From positions 4,960,001 to 5,024,000 of the forward strand of contig CM022679.1 in the NCBI GenBank assembly GCA_012295275.1: 64,000 nucleotides of DNA, read 5' to 3'. The DNA is from Chrysomallon squamiferum. Lineage: Eukaryota; Animalia; Mollusca. Positions 18,600-31,600 of this stretch are shown piece after piece. Numbering within the stretch: position 1 is the first letter of the stretch; each line of letters starts with the position of its first letter. The notes below the pieces were generated by a model that worked only from the letters and a program-made list of their open reading frames with translations, did not search any database and was not told the DNA's origin. A program made the translations under genes and the position numbers.

Positions 18600-19642
18600 T
18601 TGTTCATGGTTTTTATGTATTTATTTTTCTCATTTTTATTTATTTATTTATTTTCCATTTTTCATGTACATTGCCACAAATATTTATTTTTACATTCTAT
18701 ATATATATATATATATTTGTTCATTTTATTTTTTGTTCATTTTTTATTTGTTCATTTTTTTCATATATGTTACCACAAATATTTATTTTTTAGATATTCT
18801 TCATATTTATTTATTTGTATTTACCTTTTAGGCCTGCTTACATGGACGAGTACGAGAAACTGGAAGAAGACCTGCAGAAACTGTACGAGACATACATGAT
18901 AAAATTCAGAAATCTCGCTTTCCTCGAACAGCAGCAGGACGAATACTACAGAGTGGAGCAGGACAAACTGGAGGTGAGACGAGTTCATAATTCAAAGTTG
19001 AGTGAATGGTCTGATAAAATTCTTTACACTTCCAAGTTATTATTTTACCACCTTGGAGGATGAGCTGCCATTACTCATTACAACAAGGCATGACAATAAA
19101 ACGATTACTGTTTGAGAAGGTTTGAAAAGCACAGGGTCGTATTTGTCTGTAAGCTAAAAACCTACAGTGTATGGTTTCACTGTTAGATGGAAATAATGAT
19201 TTTAATTATAATAATAGCAACTGTAATAACAAGAATCATTTTGTCAACTATAATGATTATATTGTAGATTGTGCCATCAGACAGTTTATAATAATGTTTG
19301 ATTTTGTTTGATAGATTAGTTTGTGTGGCTTTACATGCTTTGGCTCAGTGATTGTGTATGATTATGTTTGTTTTTAGGAAACCGAGGCTGCACTCAAACT
19401 TATGGCAGAGAGAATACGAAGTGAAGAGCGAAAACAAGATCAGATAACTCCAGATGATGATCAAGATGACATGTTTGGTATGTATTAGTTATAAATCAAA
19501 ATTATTATGTTAGTCTATTAGACTACGTAGTTGTTTATTTATTTACTTTTTAAATGTACTTACAATTCTTCAGTGAAGAAAGATTTTCATCCTATACTGT
19601 AATTTAGAAAGAAAGACACATTAGAGTTTATATAAATTGTAT

Positions 19643-19698
<56 letters not shown>

Positions 19699-20367
19699 AG
19701 AGACATACATGAATAATATAGATACACAGATTTACGTGCATGCACAAATCCATACAATAACAGATACATACATATACGTATGTACACTGACCTGTACACC
19801 ATATCTTAATTATAAACAAATTCTCGTCTAGATTATTTAGATCCAAAGAAGTCTGCCATCAAGACCACAGTTCCCAAAAAACAGGTTAAATTGCAGAGGG
19901 GATATATTGGGGGTGAGCACACCATGTTGCTGGTTGTTGTTTTTTGAATCTGGTTTAAACAAACTGCATTCTCTGTTTGTGTCCGTTCTGGTTCATTTCA
20001 AATCCAACACATGTCACATGTGTGAGATGTTATTTTTTTATTTATTTTTTTGTGTGTTGCTATGGCAACAGATGAACCTGCTTGAGCAGTTCACTAGTGC
20101 AGTGTTCTTGTTTTTAACCCAGTTTTTCTGAAAGCGTGTCAGAAAGCTTGGTTAACCAGAAACTGCAATAACTGGAATAATTTTTGAAGTTTCAAAAAGC
20201 TAGAATAACCTCAGTGACAGATATTGTCAAAAACTGATTTTGAAAATAGACCATACAGTGCTAATGAGTGTTTTGCATCATGGAATAATTACAAAACATA
20301 AACATACATCATCAAATAATCCCCAAAACACACCAGTGCCTAAAGATACTGAAGAAATAGGAAGAAC

Positions 20368-20400
<33 letters not shown>

Positions 20401-22942
20401 TAATATAAATAATAAAAATAATAATAAATAACTATAACAGTTACAGTTACAATAATAAATCAATAAAATATTTTAACAATTAATACCAACTAAAGCAACT
20501 TAAACTATTTTTTTGTATCATCAAAGGTTCACTTTAAGTTCTGATTTCTGAAAGGCTTAGGAAGAACATTATTTGATGTTTGCAGTCAATTTCAAAAATG
20601 TGATGATGAAAAGCTTATAAAAAAAAAAAAAAAAAAAAAAAACCCAATAAATTAATTAATTAATAATAATAATAAAAATAAAGACCAAAAATAAAATAAT
20701 AATGATAATAAAATAATGAGAAACATTTAGCTATTTTAAATAATAATAACTTAAACTGGTGTGGTGAAAATATTGGCAACAATAAATGATAGACATAACT
20801 TTTAAAATGTATTGTCTTTTGTTTGTTGCTTTCGAAACCTTTTTTTTCATTTTCTGTTTGTTATTATTATTTATACTGACACTTGTTATTTCTGCATTTA
20901 AATTTTAACTGATGATTTGCATGTTTCATTGAAAAACTACAGGTACTGATTTTTTTTAAAATTATTGTTTTGTTTATCTGGAATTTTATTATTATTATGT
21001 CTTTTTTTTTTTTTAAATTTGAATGAATTTGTTTTCCTTTGTCTCAAATATATCTGTGTATACTTTTAAATAAAAACAGTATTTAATATTCATTTTTTTT
21101 TTCTTTTTAAAAAAAACTATTGAAAGATTAAAACTCATTTCTTAAGCATGCTTATCAATATGTAGCAGATCTTTTCTTCTTCAGAAACACCTGTGTGTAA
21201 TTGTCTATAAATTATTATAAAGGTTGTTGTAGTGTTAGTTGTATTAATGGATGCAGTGGTTGTAATTTTAGCCAAACAGTAATATAAATATTAACTGATA
21301 TTAGCAGCTGTAGTAGTAGTAGGATACAAAACAGGAGCAGTATTTGTGGTAGAGTTGTAATAAAAATAAAAGTTACAGAAGCAGCAGTAATACAATAGTA
21401 GTGACAATGATACTAATAGTAGTAAAGTGGTAGTAGTGGTAGTAGTAGTAGTAGTAGTAGTAGTAGTATCAAGGTGATGGTGATAGTACTAATAGTGGCT
21501 AAAATAGCAGCAGTAGTCACAGACACAGGGTGAAAATGGACATACTAATATTTGTGTGACATACATCACCTCTAATTGGAGTAACAAAATTAACCAGTAA
21601 TGATTAAACAATTTATTAAGTGTTTGTCAACACAGGTCCAGATGATGATGACGAAGATGGTGCTGAGTCAGAAGAAGAATTACATGTAGCTGCTCAGCGT
21701 GAGAGACCTAAACACCACAGAACCAGACCAGAAGGTTTCTAATCTTAATTTCTTAACTTCATTACTTAGCCATAGATACCTGAAGTGTGTAAGCTTGCAG
21801 GATCTACACTTGTCAGTGGGCATGAAGACAGGATATTGGAGTCATGGAGGATTATTTAAAATGTTAAACTCTGATTGACCTCATTATTGATTTATCTGTG
21901 ATTGTGTAGTTGCTTGTAGTTACCATAATAATAATGGTTGCCACAAAATAGTTTGAAATTGGAGCTTTGTATTATATTTGTTTTATATTTAGACAGTGAG
22001 GTTTAAAAGTTGGCAGTTTTGGATGTAAATTAATTATTTATTATCTAATTAAAATAAAAGGATGAATTTTTGTCATATTTTCAGCCTAACACATGAAAAA
22101 TGTTATTTAACCTTTTCTTCTTTAACTTCATAATTTGACAACAAAGTCATATAGTACCAATGTTTTATTAAATTAAAATTTTTGACACACTTTACGTACA
22201 AAATATTAAAATATAAATATATTTAGTCTGCTTTTTAATACCAATTCATTTCTACATACATTTTTATATATAAAAAAAAAATAATTGTAAACTTTGAAAG
22301 GTGTTTTTTCTATTTAATCCTGAAACTTTCTTGTTTCAGCTGTGGCTGATCAGAGAGGGGCAGGAGCCAATAACAGAATGATGGGAAGCATGAACCCTGA
22401 GATTAATGAAGTAAGCAGATTCAAATTACGTGTTTACAGATAACAAAAAATAAATAAAATAAATAAATAAATAATAGAAAAACATATATATATGATTATA
22501 TTTATTTGAATTTAAATTGTGCGATGTTTTCCAATGAAAATGCTTGTTTAGTAAACAGCATTTTATTATAATCACATAGGTATGCCATGTTAATTGTATG
22601 AATGAACATATAAAAATGAATAACTGATAAAAATAGCCCATGCTGTGATTAAGCAGGGTTTTTGGGGTGTGTTTTTTTTTTCATTCACACATACAAGTTG
22701 TTATTTTATCTTTGTTATATATGATTAATGTTTTTACTACAGAGGCTCAGTGCATGTTCTGGTGTGATTCCAGTTTTCATTTTTTTAATTAGGATTCATA
22801 AATTTTACTAATTACACTGACAAAATCTCCATAATCTATTTATAAGATGCGCAAGCATTGTATCAGACCACAAAATACTCTGGAAATAATATTATAATGA
22901 TTAATGATTATTACTTTTTACTACCACTACAGTATTTTAATT

Positions 22943-22976
<34 letters not shown>

Positions 22977-23196
22977 CAAAATTCAGTAATTATCTTTTTT
23001 ATTATTATTACTGATTACATTCTTCATCTGTTTATAGGAATCTGATTCTGAAGCTGATTCCATTGATCTAGACGATGATGATGAGGATGATGATGAAGAC
23101 GATGATGATGTTGAAGATGATGATAATCTTGTCCCAAAGACCCTGGGACGCAAGCCACCGACCCCAGGATTGGATGAAAGTGACAATGATTTCTAG
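12758..23196 (+). CDS. CLUAP1: Clusterin-associated protein 1 / IFT38 (about 13 coding exons)
   Basis: Exons approx. 12758-12779 (MSYRDLR), 13286-13397 ([25 protein letters not shown]), 13778-13862, 14714-14896, 17323-17418, 17705-17788, 18245-18378, 18832-18973 ([14 protein letters not shown]), 19378-19477, 19841-19884, 21636-21733, 22340-22410, 23038-23196, ending in an acidic tail ...DESDNDF*. Confidence 0.95.
20056..20069. promoter_or_regulatory. RFX X-box in a CLUAP1 intron
   Basis: GTTGCTATGGCAAC, a full match to the X-box consensus, inside a ciliary gene. Confidence 0.6.
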
Positions 23197-23718
23197 ACAT
23201 ACAGACTGGCTTGTATGGACTGAACCCACCATTTCCTCGATTGTCTTCGTTAATTTTGATAATCTGGGATGTTAACAATTCCTCAAGAACTGTGAACCTT
23301 TTTTTTTTTTTTTTTTTAGAAAGATTATTTTTCCATTTAACATCACAGTTGTTGCGTTAATTTCAGAATTTTAATTATTTATTGTTGTTGAATTAATCTG
23401 GTGAATAACTTCATTACTTGTGATAGCTGTGAAGAAAAGTGACTGAGATGAGTATGTTCTGTTTTTACATTTCTTTGTGTGGATACATCTTAAAAGTGTT
23501 ACAGGTGAAAATACAATACTTTTTTTTTTATTTGTTTTTTTATGCTACTGATTTTGAATGTTACAGAACAGAAAATAAAAATAAAATAAATATACATTAA
23601 CTATATAAGCCTTTCCATGGATTTATTACCATTCATCTTGAGATTTACTTTACATGTTTACTTAATAATATCCGTCCATTGTTATTTATTTACCAATGTA
23701 TTTTATAGTTTATTTATT

Positions 23719-23749
<31 letters not shown>

Positions 23750-24438
23750 ATTGTTTTTAATGTTTTCTGAATTAACAGAGGAGTTAGAAGAATGTATAAT
23801 TTATTAGAGATTTTTACTACTTTCCCTTTCGTTGTTCAAATATGTTTGTGGTTTCTAAAATGGTTGATATATTTTTTAAATGTATTTTGTTAGAGGTATG
23901 GCTGTTGATTAATTAATGATTTGTATTTCAGTACATTCCAACATTTAAAAAATGGATTTTATTTTTTATTATTATTATTGTTTTATTATTGCATATTAAC
24001 AAATGATACACTGTGTATATTGACCAAAATTTTTAATTATGCCAGTAAACATTTAATTCAATAACAGACTACTTAGCATGCATGTTGAAAATCTTTAGTC
24101 CATCCACTTGTGTCTGTGATAATAAATATATACAAAATGACAAGTATTGTTTCTTATTATTTCAGAATATTTATTTAATTTTTACAAGAAATAAATGTAA
24201 ATTGGTTTTGTGACAATCATTAGTTAATGTCTCATTCTAATATGTTCTAATATGTAATCGGGGCATTAATATCAGCCGGTCCCATAATGAGGCTCTCGTA
24301 ACCTTTTCTGCTATTAAATCAGACGATCAAAGGGAGACTACTCTATGACATTTATTATTTTTTATTTTATTTTATTTTTTATTTTATTTTTATTATTATT
24401 ACCCTTATTGTTGTTGATGTTGTCGTTGTTGCTGCTGC

Positions 24439-24469
<31 letters not shown>

Positions 24470-24544
24470 GCTTATTTATTTTATTTTAATTTTATGATAT
24501 ATATAAATTCATATGTGTAAGTCATAACTGATTCCAAGAGGCAT

Positions 24545-25805
24545 TGTTTAAACAAGAACTGTTAAAAACGACATATGTTATTGTTATTTTAACGAGTTAG
24601 TTTGAAAACATGTCAACGCGTATTCGGTGACTCACGATTTCACTCCTTTAACTTTACACACAATTACTCAAGTTTTTCAGCGAGGAAAAGCTAGTGCACA
24701 AATGTTTTCAGATGAAGTGAATTACATCAACATAACAGTAACAACACACAAAAAAGTAATAATACACAACTAAAATACTACTTGAAGTGTACATCAAGCG
24801 CAACTCTCCTTCATATATATATATATATATATAGTGTTAATGTATGACAAATAAGAAACTGGAATTTACGATCAGGACTAATTTCGCCGCAAAGGATATT
24901 TGAAAAAAACAATATATATATATATATAACCACTGGCTACATCGTAAAATAATTCATCAGACTCCATAAATTTATTTTAATTACGTTAATGCAAATTATT
25001 ACATGAAAAGATATGCGTATCAGACAGTTTAAAATGTTAGAATATATCAGCCCGTTCATTTGCATTTGTAGTCGTACTTTTATGTTCTGGTAAATACTTA
25101 AATAATGGCAGTAACAGTTGGACTAGAAAGATTATAATACATCCACTTAGATTATTCAGATATTCACATATATTTATTATAACTTGGTTAATAATCTGGT
25201 TAACCTGTTTATACAAGAACAATTAAAAACGACATATGTTACTGCTATTTTAACGAGTTAGTTTGAAAACATGTCAACGCGTATTCGCTGATTCACGATT
25301 TCACTCCATTAATTTCACACACCATTACTCAAGTGTGCAGCGAGGAAAAGCTGGTGCACAAATGTTTTCAGATGAAGTGAATTACATCAACGTAACAGCA
25401 ACAACACACAAAAAAGTAATAATACACAACTAAAATACATTAGTGTACACCAAGCGCAACTCTCCTTTTATGGATATTATGCAATATTAATGTATGACAA
25501 ATAAGAAACTGGGGTTTACGATCAAGACTAATTTCGCCGCAAAGGATATTTGAAAAAAAAAAATATATATAACCACTGGCTACATTGTAAAATAGTTCAT
25601 CAGACCCGATAAATTTATTTTAGTGACGTTAATGCAAATTATTACATAAAAATAAATGCTTATAAGACAGTTTAAAATGTTAGAATATATCAGCCCATTC
25701 ATGTTCTGGTAAATACTTAAATAATGGCAGTAACAGTTGGACTACAAAGATTATAATACATCCATTTAGTTTATTCAGATATTCATATATATTTATTATA
25801 ACATG
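24545..25805. repeat. Tandem duplication, two copies of a ~660-bp unit
   Basis: ACAAGAAC...AAAAACGACATATGTTA...TGTCAACGCGTATTCG... starts at ~24552 and again at ~25212; copies align with scattered substitutions and a ~24-bp deletion in copy 2. Confidence 0.92.
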
Positions 25806-25970
25806 GCTCATTCAAATACAGTTGTATTGCATTATACGGTAGCAAAAGGATGATGGCAATTTGGGCACGGTATATCAAACTGGCGAGAGAAAATAATAAA
25901 TATTGATTTTAAAAGTTTATTTTTCTTTCTCTTTTCTTTTTTGAAATACAATTTCCTTTATTTTCTGTTA

Positions 25971-26004
<34 letters not shown>

Positions 26005-26369
26005 AGGTTATAACGTACTGTAGCATTCGTTACGTAATTAAACAAAAAAGACCACATACTCTTACTGATTAACAACGGGTGTTAATTATAATTTTTATCA
26101 TGTTAGACATGATGTAATGACTGTAATAAGTTATGGGAACAGAAGAGACCTGACTACGCTTAATACAGTATTATCAGGGTAGAGAAAAAAAGTGAAAGCA
26201 AGAATGGTATCTACTATACTCCATGAAACGACATTATTTTCATCTTAATTATGTTTAAAGTTTGTTTCTTCTTCTTCATTTTATTATTATTATTATCGTC
26301 ATTGTCTGTTTCATTTATGCAACCACACATTAGTTATGTAATTACACCGGCTGTTTGCAAAACAGGAGC

Positions 26370-26556
26370 AAACTGACGTAGGAGGGAAAACGAAAAAAAA
26401 AAAAAAAAAAATTCGTTACTACTTATGTTACAATATTTACTATTGGTCAGATATATTTATAACGATTTCTTTTATTGGATAGATTTTTCATATAAGGCAA
26501 TGCATGAAAGCCGACCGGCGTTTTGCGTTTAGAGCACGATAAGAGCGAAGGTGAGA
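26370..26556 (+). promoter_or_regulatory. Probable SHMT promoter and first non-coding exon
   Basis: CpG-enriched; TGACGTA at ~26374, inverted CCAAT boxes (ATTGG at ~26442 and ~26475), donor AAG|GTGAGA at 26550/26551; acceptor upstream of the ATG at ~28603. Confidence 0.45.
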
Positions 26557-27295
26557 AGGGGGTATTTAAATCAGCCCATTGAACTGTTGACACGGTGTCA
26601 CAGTGTGACAAAATTAGACTTAAATTATTTTATGTCGTGGAAATATAATTTGTTTATGTGTTTTTCAGTTTCAGATCCTGTTTACAGTATGGTAATAGTT
26701 TTGGCGCCTTTTATTATTATTATGATTATCTCTTAATCGTAATTATGAAAAAAAGCATAGATGGTTTACAAAGCTTTACATGTCATGATGTCTTTAATTT
26801 TATGTATAATCATGATGTAGTATGTGTACTCATTCGATATTGTAACACTAAGTTACTCTGTCTTAGGTTCATATTGATGTTTGGACGATCATAATGATTT
26901 GTTGTCTTTCTAAAATTACATGATGCTTTTTTTAATCAAAATTTGCCGCCTTAAGTAATAACGTTGTGTAAATGAGAACCTATTAAAGGTATATTGCGGT
27001 TTTGAACGACTCAGCATTTGATCATTCAGCTTGATGGTCACGTGTCATCAGTTTTGGATTATTGTTTATTATTTCAGAATCGATGTTGATAATACTGATG
27101 ACTGCAAATTATTATAATTTATATTATATATTAAAAGGTAAATAAAAAATGTTGAAAGTATTTTTTTCCTGTGAATTCTGTAAACTTCGAAGGTATGTGG
27201 ATATAATATACTGCAGTTTTGTAATACTTTTATTGTACCATTTATATTTTTCAGAAATAAGTAAATAAAATAGGTGTCTCTCTCTGCATCTGTGT

Positions 27296-27347
<52 letters not shown>

Positions 27348-28179
27348 TTTGTAATAAAATAACAAATTAAATACAATAGAAGACCCTCCATCAATATTAA
27401 TGGCTAGATAATATTTCTCATTCCAACTAATTTTGGATCCAGTATTTTGCAGCTAATTGCTTATTGTTTATTGGTTGGAATTTTCATGCTGTCTTCGTAA
27501 TTAAATCATAATTAAAATTTTTTATTAATAAAAAATAAATTAAAAATACACAGGTTGGAATTTTAATAATAAATTGATTAGAGAATGAAAATGAAGATTA
27601 TTACTGTTTTGTGTGTGTATAGCTATATGTGTGCATGTCTGTATATCTATTAGTTAGTTTAAATCAGGTCCATAATCTCATAGTTGCCACATATGCTACT
27701 TCTCATAAAAATAGCTTAAACAAGAATAAAAACGAACAAATCAAATTTTGAGTCAGTTTTTTTTCTTTTGAAGTTACCTTCTTTTTTTCATTAACCCCAT
27801 AATAATCAATGAAATAAATTGTTGGAGTTTCCCCTGTTAAAAAAAAATGACTGCAGGTAAAAAAAAAAACATTTCAGAAGAACATTATTACTTTCATTAT
27901 TTCTAAAAAAAAAAAAAAAAAAAAAAATTCTGATGAAAAGGAACTGCATGATAAAGCTATTGTTTGCTGGTTACCGTCTGATTTGAAATGATGGTGTACT
28001 GGCAGAACATAATAGCTAGAATAATACTTTCAAATCAAACCATCTTTGTAATCTAGACTGATGGTTCAAGATGAAGGTTACAAACTCAAGTGTTTAAATA
28101 TAGGATTAATTTTTGTTTGTTTTTGTTGTCTCTCATCATGGCACACTAATCCTTGTGTGTGTAGATAATTATAACTGGG

Positions 28180-28440
28180 TTCATGTGTGTGTGTGTGTAT
28201 ATATATATATGTGTGTGTGTGTGAAGATACATAAGTTTGTGTGTTATGATGTGTATGTATTTTGTATGTGTGTGTAGACAATTATAACTGAAGATAAATA
28301 AGTTTGTGTGTTTTTGTATAATGTGTATGTATTTGTATGTGTGTATATGTATATATGTGTGTATGTATGTATGTGTATATATGTGTTTGTATGTGTGTGT
28401 TTATATATGTGTGTGTGTATATGTTCCTTAAGTATGTATA

Positions 28441-28498
<58 letters not shown>

Positions 28499-28500
28499 GA
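28180..28500. repeat. (TG)n/(TA)n/(CA)n dinucleotide-rich tract
   Basis: Direct dinucleotide repeats; source of several spurious ORFs. Confidence 0.9.
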
Positions 28501-28635
28501 TAGATGGATCAATGTACAATCTACAATTCTCAAGTGATTTCAAAAATGTGATATTCACATATTTGTTTTGTTTATAATGAACTTACTGTATTTCCCAATC
28601 TAGACATTAGTGCCTTAAAAAGCCCATAATCCAAG

Positions 28636-31600
28636 ATGGCTGACTTCAAGTTAAATGAGGATATTGAAACTGATGATCCAGAAATGTACGAACTGATCAA
28701 GATGGAGAAGGATCGACAGAGGCGAGGTCTCGAGATGATTGCCTCGGAGAATTTTGCCAGCAAGTCAGGTTCTGCAGGCTCTGGGTTCGTGTCTCTGCAA
28801 CAAGTACTCTGAGGGCCAGCCAGGACAAAGGTGATGACATGTCTCTGAACGTTTGTATTATTTGTTTGTTGCAGTAAAGTTTAGATTCAAGAAAAGCTTA
28901 TTTAAGTGGATGTGCCATATGATTACATTCTGTACATGTAATTTATTTTACAGTGTATATTGATGACAGCCACTGAGGTAAAAAAAAAAAAAAAAAAAAA
29001 AAAAAAGTATAAATGTTTTATTAATTTAATTGTAGATTGTTTGATAGATACTTTGGCAGTATATTGAATAAAGTATTATTGTTAGAACATTTTCTTTTCC
29101 ATCAAGGTTGTTCAGATAAATAATCTTTATTCAACAGGTACTATGGAGGCAATGAAATCATTGATAAAGTTGAGAGACTTTGCCAGAAGAGGGCGCTAGA
29201 GGCTTTTGGTCTTGACCCAGAGTTGTGGGGTGTTAATGTACAGCCTCTTTCTGGCTCACCGGCTAACTTTGCTGTGTACACTGCCATTGTCGAGCCCCAT
29301 GGCAGGATTATGGGATTGTATTTACCTGATGGCGGTCATCTTAGTCATGGGTTTATGACACAGCAGAAAAAAGTTTCAGCGACTTCAGTTTTCTTTGAAT
29401 CATTTCCATACAAAATCAGTCCAGAAACTGGTCTCATTGACTATGAACAGCTGCACAGAAATGCTCTTCTCTTTCTTCCGAAAATTATAATTGCAGGTTT
29501 GTATGTTTCGTTTATCTGTGCAGCTGATTCTTTAAGTTTTTTATTTCTCTTATAATAAATGTTCATACTTAAATATAGAAGTCTCAGTGTAGTTTTAAAA
29601 GAAAACAACAACAAAACAAACCCAAAATAGATTACAAAAGCTAAAATATTCTATTTTGTTTTTCAAAAAGATAATACAAAACAAACAGAAAAACTCCTAC
29701 AATTAAAATAAGAAGTGATATAAAAAAATCAAATGTGATTTATATTTTTAATACTGGTACTTTTACAAAAAATTATTTTTAAAGTTTTTGTTATTATTTT
29801 AAAAAAAAAAAAAAAAAAAATTGTATAGGAAATAATTAATTTTTTTTTTTATGAACTTCAGTTGAAAAGATAGCCATTTACAAAAATAATGTGTTGCTGT
29901 TTTTATGCAGGCATTAGCTGTTATTCACGACACTTAGACTACAAGAGATTCAAGGAAATTGCTGACGAAGTTGGTGCCTATTTGCTGGCAGACATGGCTC
30001 ACGTCAGTGGCCTTGTAGCAACAGGAGGTGCACCGAATCCTTTTGAATACTGCGATATTGTTACCACGACAACACACAAAACACTTCGTGGGCCAAGATC
30101 CGGTATGATCTACTTCAGAAAAGGTAAAAAAAAAAAATAATTTCTTCTTAAATAGTATCTTATCTTGTCTTTAAGTGAATATATATAAATGTTAAAGTAT
30201 ATTTCTTTTTAAAACAATTTTTTCTTCTTGTCTTCAAATGTTTATGTATAAATAGTAAGCTTCAGATTTGAGGTAAATTGAAATAAAATTGTAACAATAA
30301 AAAAATTAAAACAGACAGAAATATAAAGTATTTGTTGAAGCCAAATTCTGTTCTTGACATACATTAGCTCTCATTAATTGCTAAAGATTAAAGTTAATGA
30401 CTTTGATTTTATTTATTTCTTTACTTTCTTTAACTTTCTTTAAAAAAAATTTAAATTTTAAAATTTGTACCATTTTATATCATTTCTAGAAACACCTTTT
30501 ATGGTTAGATAAATGGTCAGTTTTATTAAAAATATATATATATATATATATATACATAGATATTTTAAAATCCATTTGTGGTTGACTTCTTTTGATGATA
30601 ATAAATCCCTATATATATTCAAAATCAGTTTTGTTAAATAATATTTTTTTTATCTTTTTTTTTTTATCTGTTAATAATAAAAACAAAATCAACAGTAATA
30701 TAGTGGATGTGTTGTGTTATCACAGGAGTGAAAAAAACATTGAAGAACGGGGAGAAGGTGATGTATGATCTAGAAAAGAAGATAAACGATGCTGTCTTTC
30801 CTGGACTTCAGGGTGGACCACATAACCACCAGATTGCAGGTCGGGTCTGATTTTATTATCACTCTTTGACCTCTGTAAATTTATTTTTAATGTTAATGAT
30901 CAAGAACCAAAGCTGCAGAACAAATGATAATTCATGAAAGTTTTTAAAGATTTGATATTGTTTTTTCTGTTTCTGATGTTGAAATATTATTGCTTGTGTC
31001 ATCTTTCTTTAATAATATCCAGTTTATATAATATTTAAAAAATAATTTTTAAGTTAAACTTTCATATTTTCTTGAAAGATGTGCATATTGTTTATTAATT
31101 TTTTTTAACTATTTGCAGATAAAGAGATCATACTAATTCAATAATTGTTGTTAATAATAGAATACCATTGAAGATTATTTGTGGCTTTTTAGCTTAAATA
31201 TGATCTTTTTCAAAGAAAACAAGTATTAAAAAAAAAATTGTTACTACTAATAAAAAATAAATAAAACGTGTCTGAATATTTGAAAAAAATTGAATTTGTC
31301 AATAAAGACAAAACAAACAAAAATCAATTTAAAATTTAATTTTATTTTTGCTGTTACTTATTATTGCTTCTGCTGTTACTAATGATTTTGTATTAATATT
31401 TCAGCTGTTGCTGTGGCACTGAAGCAGGTCATGGATCCATCTTTCAAAGTTTATCAACAGCAAGTTCTGTCAAATGCTAAAACTCTGTGTTCTGCACTGC
31501 AGAGTAAAGGTTATCACATTGTGTCAGGTTAGTTGCGAACTTTAACTGTCACGTGTGCGTTTATCTCTTGCATGGTACATTTTCCCACATACACATAAAA

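Noticed and set aside
26596-26610. TGTCA-CAGTG-TGACA hairpin near the SHMT 5' end resembling an iron-responsive element
   Set aside because: Does not fit the 6-nt CAGUGN loop plus bulged C geometry, and lies downstream of the likely donor, so is probably intronic.
27149-28635. Possible mitochondrial presequence exon for SHMT (ATG at 27149)
   Set aside because: Splicing to the acceptor at ~28603 meets stop codons; an in-frame TAA at 28627-28629 precedes the main ATG.
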